A stretch of DNA of 5,922 nucleotides. Source: a virus. Shown piece after piece: positions 5,499 through 5,922 of the stretch. The first letter of the stretch is position 1; each line of letters begins with the position of its first letter. The position numbers and the translations under genes were made by a program. Below the pieces are notes generated by a model. It saw nothing but the letters and a program-made list of their open reading frames with translations. It had not been told where the DNA came from and searched no databases. The stretch is taken from IMG/VR virus record IMGVR_UViG_3300045988_009961. One strand, written 5' to 3'.

Positions 5499-5500
5499 TT

Positions 5501-5516
5501 ACTACTACTACGGCTA
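5501..5516. repeat. Trinucleotide repeat ACTACTACTAC GG CTA. In phase it reads CTA CTA CTA CGG CTA, which is TAG repeats on the minus strand.
   Basis: Read directly from the sequence. It starts 3 nt after the tandem 9-mers and is followed by the AT-rich stretch AACAAGTTAATAAATATATA (5518-5537). Confidence 0.85.
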
Positions 5517-5530
5517 CAACAAGTTAATAA

Positions 5531-5577
5531 ATATATACGCGTGCGTGCGTGCGCGTAGACGCGCGCGTATGCGCGTG
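5531..5577. repeat. Alternating purine-pyrimidine (CG/TG) tract, with Z-DNA or cruciform potential
   Basis: ATATATACGCGTGCGTGCGTGCGCGTA (5531-5557) is 27 nt of perfect R-Y alternation. There is a one-base phase slip at G5558. ACGCGCGCGTATGCGCGTG (5559-5577) gives 19 more. The tract contains the palindromes ACGCGT and ACGCGCGCGT. Confidence 0.85.
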
Positions 5578-5582
5578 AATAA

Positions 5583-5614
5583 AGCCTAGTACCTTACTTG
5601 ATAGGTACTAGGCT
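5583..5614 (-). terminator. Perfect 12-bp inverted repeat with an 8-nt loop, 17 nt downstream of the rep stop. It is a candidate terminator and/or origin hairpin.
   Basis: AGCCTAGTACCT (5583-5594), TACTTGAT (loop), AGGTACTAGGCT (5603-5614). On the minus strand it is followed by TTATTCAC, a poor U-tract. Confidence 0.4.
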
Positions 5615-5630
5615 AGGTGACACTAAAATT

Positions 5631-5922
5631 TTACAAACCGCCCTTTTGTAGCTTTACAGATTTTTTGATAACTCTTTCTTTTGTCTTTAGATCTTCTGCG
5701 AAATCTGCGCTTTCATATTTGAGCCTGTTTTGTTCGATTACAGCTTTCTGCCTGTTTCTTTTGATTCTCCATAACCGTTCCGGGTTTTCCGCTTCCATCA
5801 TTTTTTCATAATATCGTGGAATTTGTGCTTTTTTTCCGTTGGTACACTGGATATAGCCTTTTCTCCAAATTTCCTCTTTGTGCTCCTGATAGTAGGAATC
5901 GCCAAGTCCCGGTTTCAGGCTC
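5631..5922 (-). CDS. VP4: Replication initiation protein VP4, 3' part. Only 5631-5827 is unique; 5828-5922 duplicates 1-95. The TAA stop is at 5633-5631.
   Basis: The frame carried over from position 1 (equivalent to 5828) reads ...NGKKAQIPRYYEKMMEAENPERLWRIKRNRQKAVIEQNRLKYESADFAEDLKTKERVIKKSVKLQKGGL*. Total CDS is 721 + 197 = 918 nt, or 305 aa. Confidence 0.9.
   Translation of the reverse strand, partial: SLKPGLGDSYYQEHKEEIWRKGYIQCTNGKKAQIPRYYEKMMEAENPERLWRIKRNRQKAVIEQNRLKYESADFAEDLKTKERVIKKSVKLQKGGL
5828..5922. repeat. Terminal redundancy copy 2 (identical to 1-95)
   Basis: Same 95/95 comparison as copy 1. Confidence 0.97.

Larger units (their letters stand above)
1..5827 (-). other. One complete circular Microviridae (gokushovirus-like) genome unit, 5,827 nt, with all genes on the minus strand
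   Basis: The exact 95-nt end overlap closes the circle. The gene set VP4, VP3, VP1 and VP2 plus small accessory ORFs is tightly packed and unidirectional. The size is typical for the family. Confidence 0.9.

Noticed and set aside
5472-5516. Short tandem repeats considered as a possible CRISPR array or minisatellite
   Set aside because: The units are 9 nt and 3 nt with no spacers, far too short for CRISPR, and no cas context is possible in a 5.8-kb phage.
5279-5527. 82-aa plus-strand ORF in the intergenic region, ending in FHVFHVFHVTTTTATTS
   Set aside because: The periodic peptide is simply the translation of the 9-nt tandem repeats and the ACT trinucleotide repeat. It has no SD and runs opposite to every real gene.
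199-5811. All plus-strand ORFs in the track (for example 199-417, 570-818, 872-1493, 2185-2764, 2818-3051, 3223-3414, 3716-4228, 4241-4711, 4991-5185, 5617-5811)
   Set aside because: Each lies antisense to a well-supported minus-strand gene. They have Cys/Phe/Leu/Ser-rich low-complexity translations typical of shadow frames and no SD motifs. Microvirus genomes are transcribed from one strand.

Overview
The window is one complete circular ssDNA phage genome of the family Microviridae. It is gokushovirus-like rather than phiX-like, with no D, G or E homologues. It is written out linearly with a 95-nt terminal overlap (1-95 is identical to 5828-5922), so the genome unit is 5,827 nt. All ten supportable genes lie on the minus strand. 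In transcription order they are a sigma70/SigA-type promoter (5174-5146), a 60-aa ORF, an M15-family zinc peptidoglycan peptidase, 38-aa and 75-aa ORFs, a 33-aa arginine/lysine-rich J/VP8-like DNA-binding peptide, a 79-aa VP5-like ORF, scaffold VP3, major capsid VP1, a hairpin, pilot protein VP2, a hairpin, and the replication initiator VP4. VP4 crosses the linearisation point, so the supplied ORF track misses it. I translated it by hand as 305 aa with no internal stop. It carries the CGKCxxCR, FITLTY, HYH and YVAGYVTKK motifs. All plus-strand ORFs in the track look like antisense shadows. The single large non-coding region (about 5119-5630) holds the most interesting signal. It has a same-orientation cluster of DnaA-box-like 9-mers, including one perfect TTATCCACA and three tandem copies. 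These are followed directly by CTA/TAG trinucleotide repeats (DnaA-trio-like) and an AT-rich tract. That is the architecture of a bacterial oriC unwinding module, here inside a microvirus. Next to it are a 47-nt alternating purine-pyrimidine CG/TG tract and a perfect 12-bp hairpin whose loop contains the phiX174 origin core ACTTGATA, but on the antisense strand. Nothing here was checked against a database; family calls rest on motifs recalled from memory.
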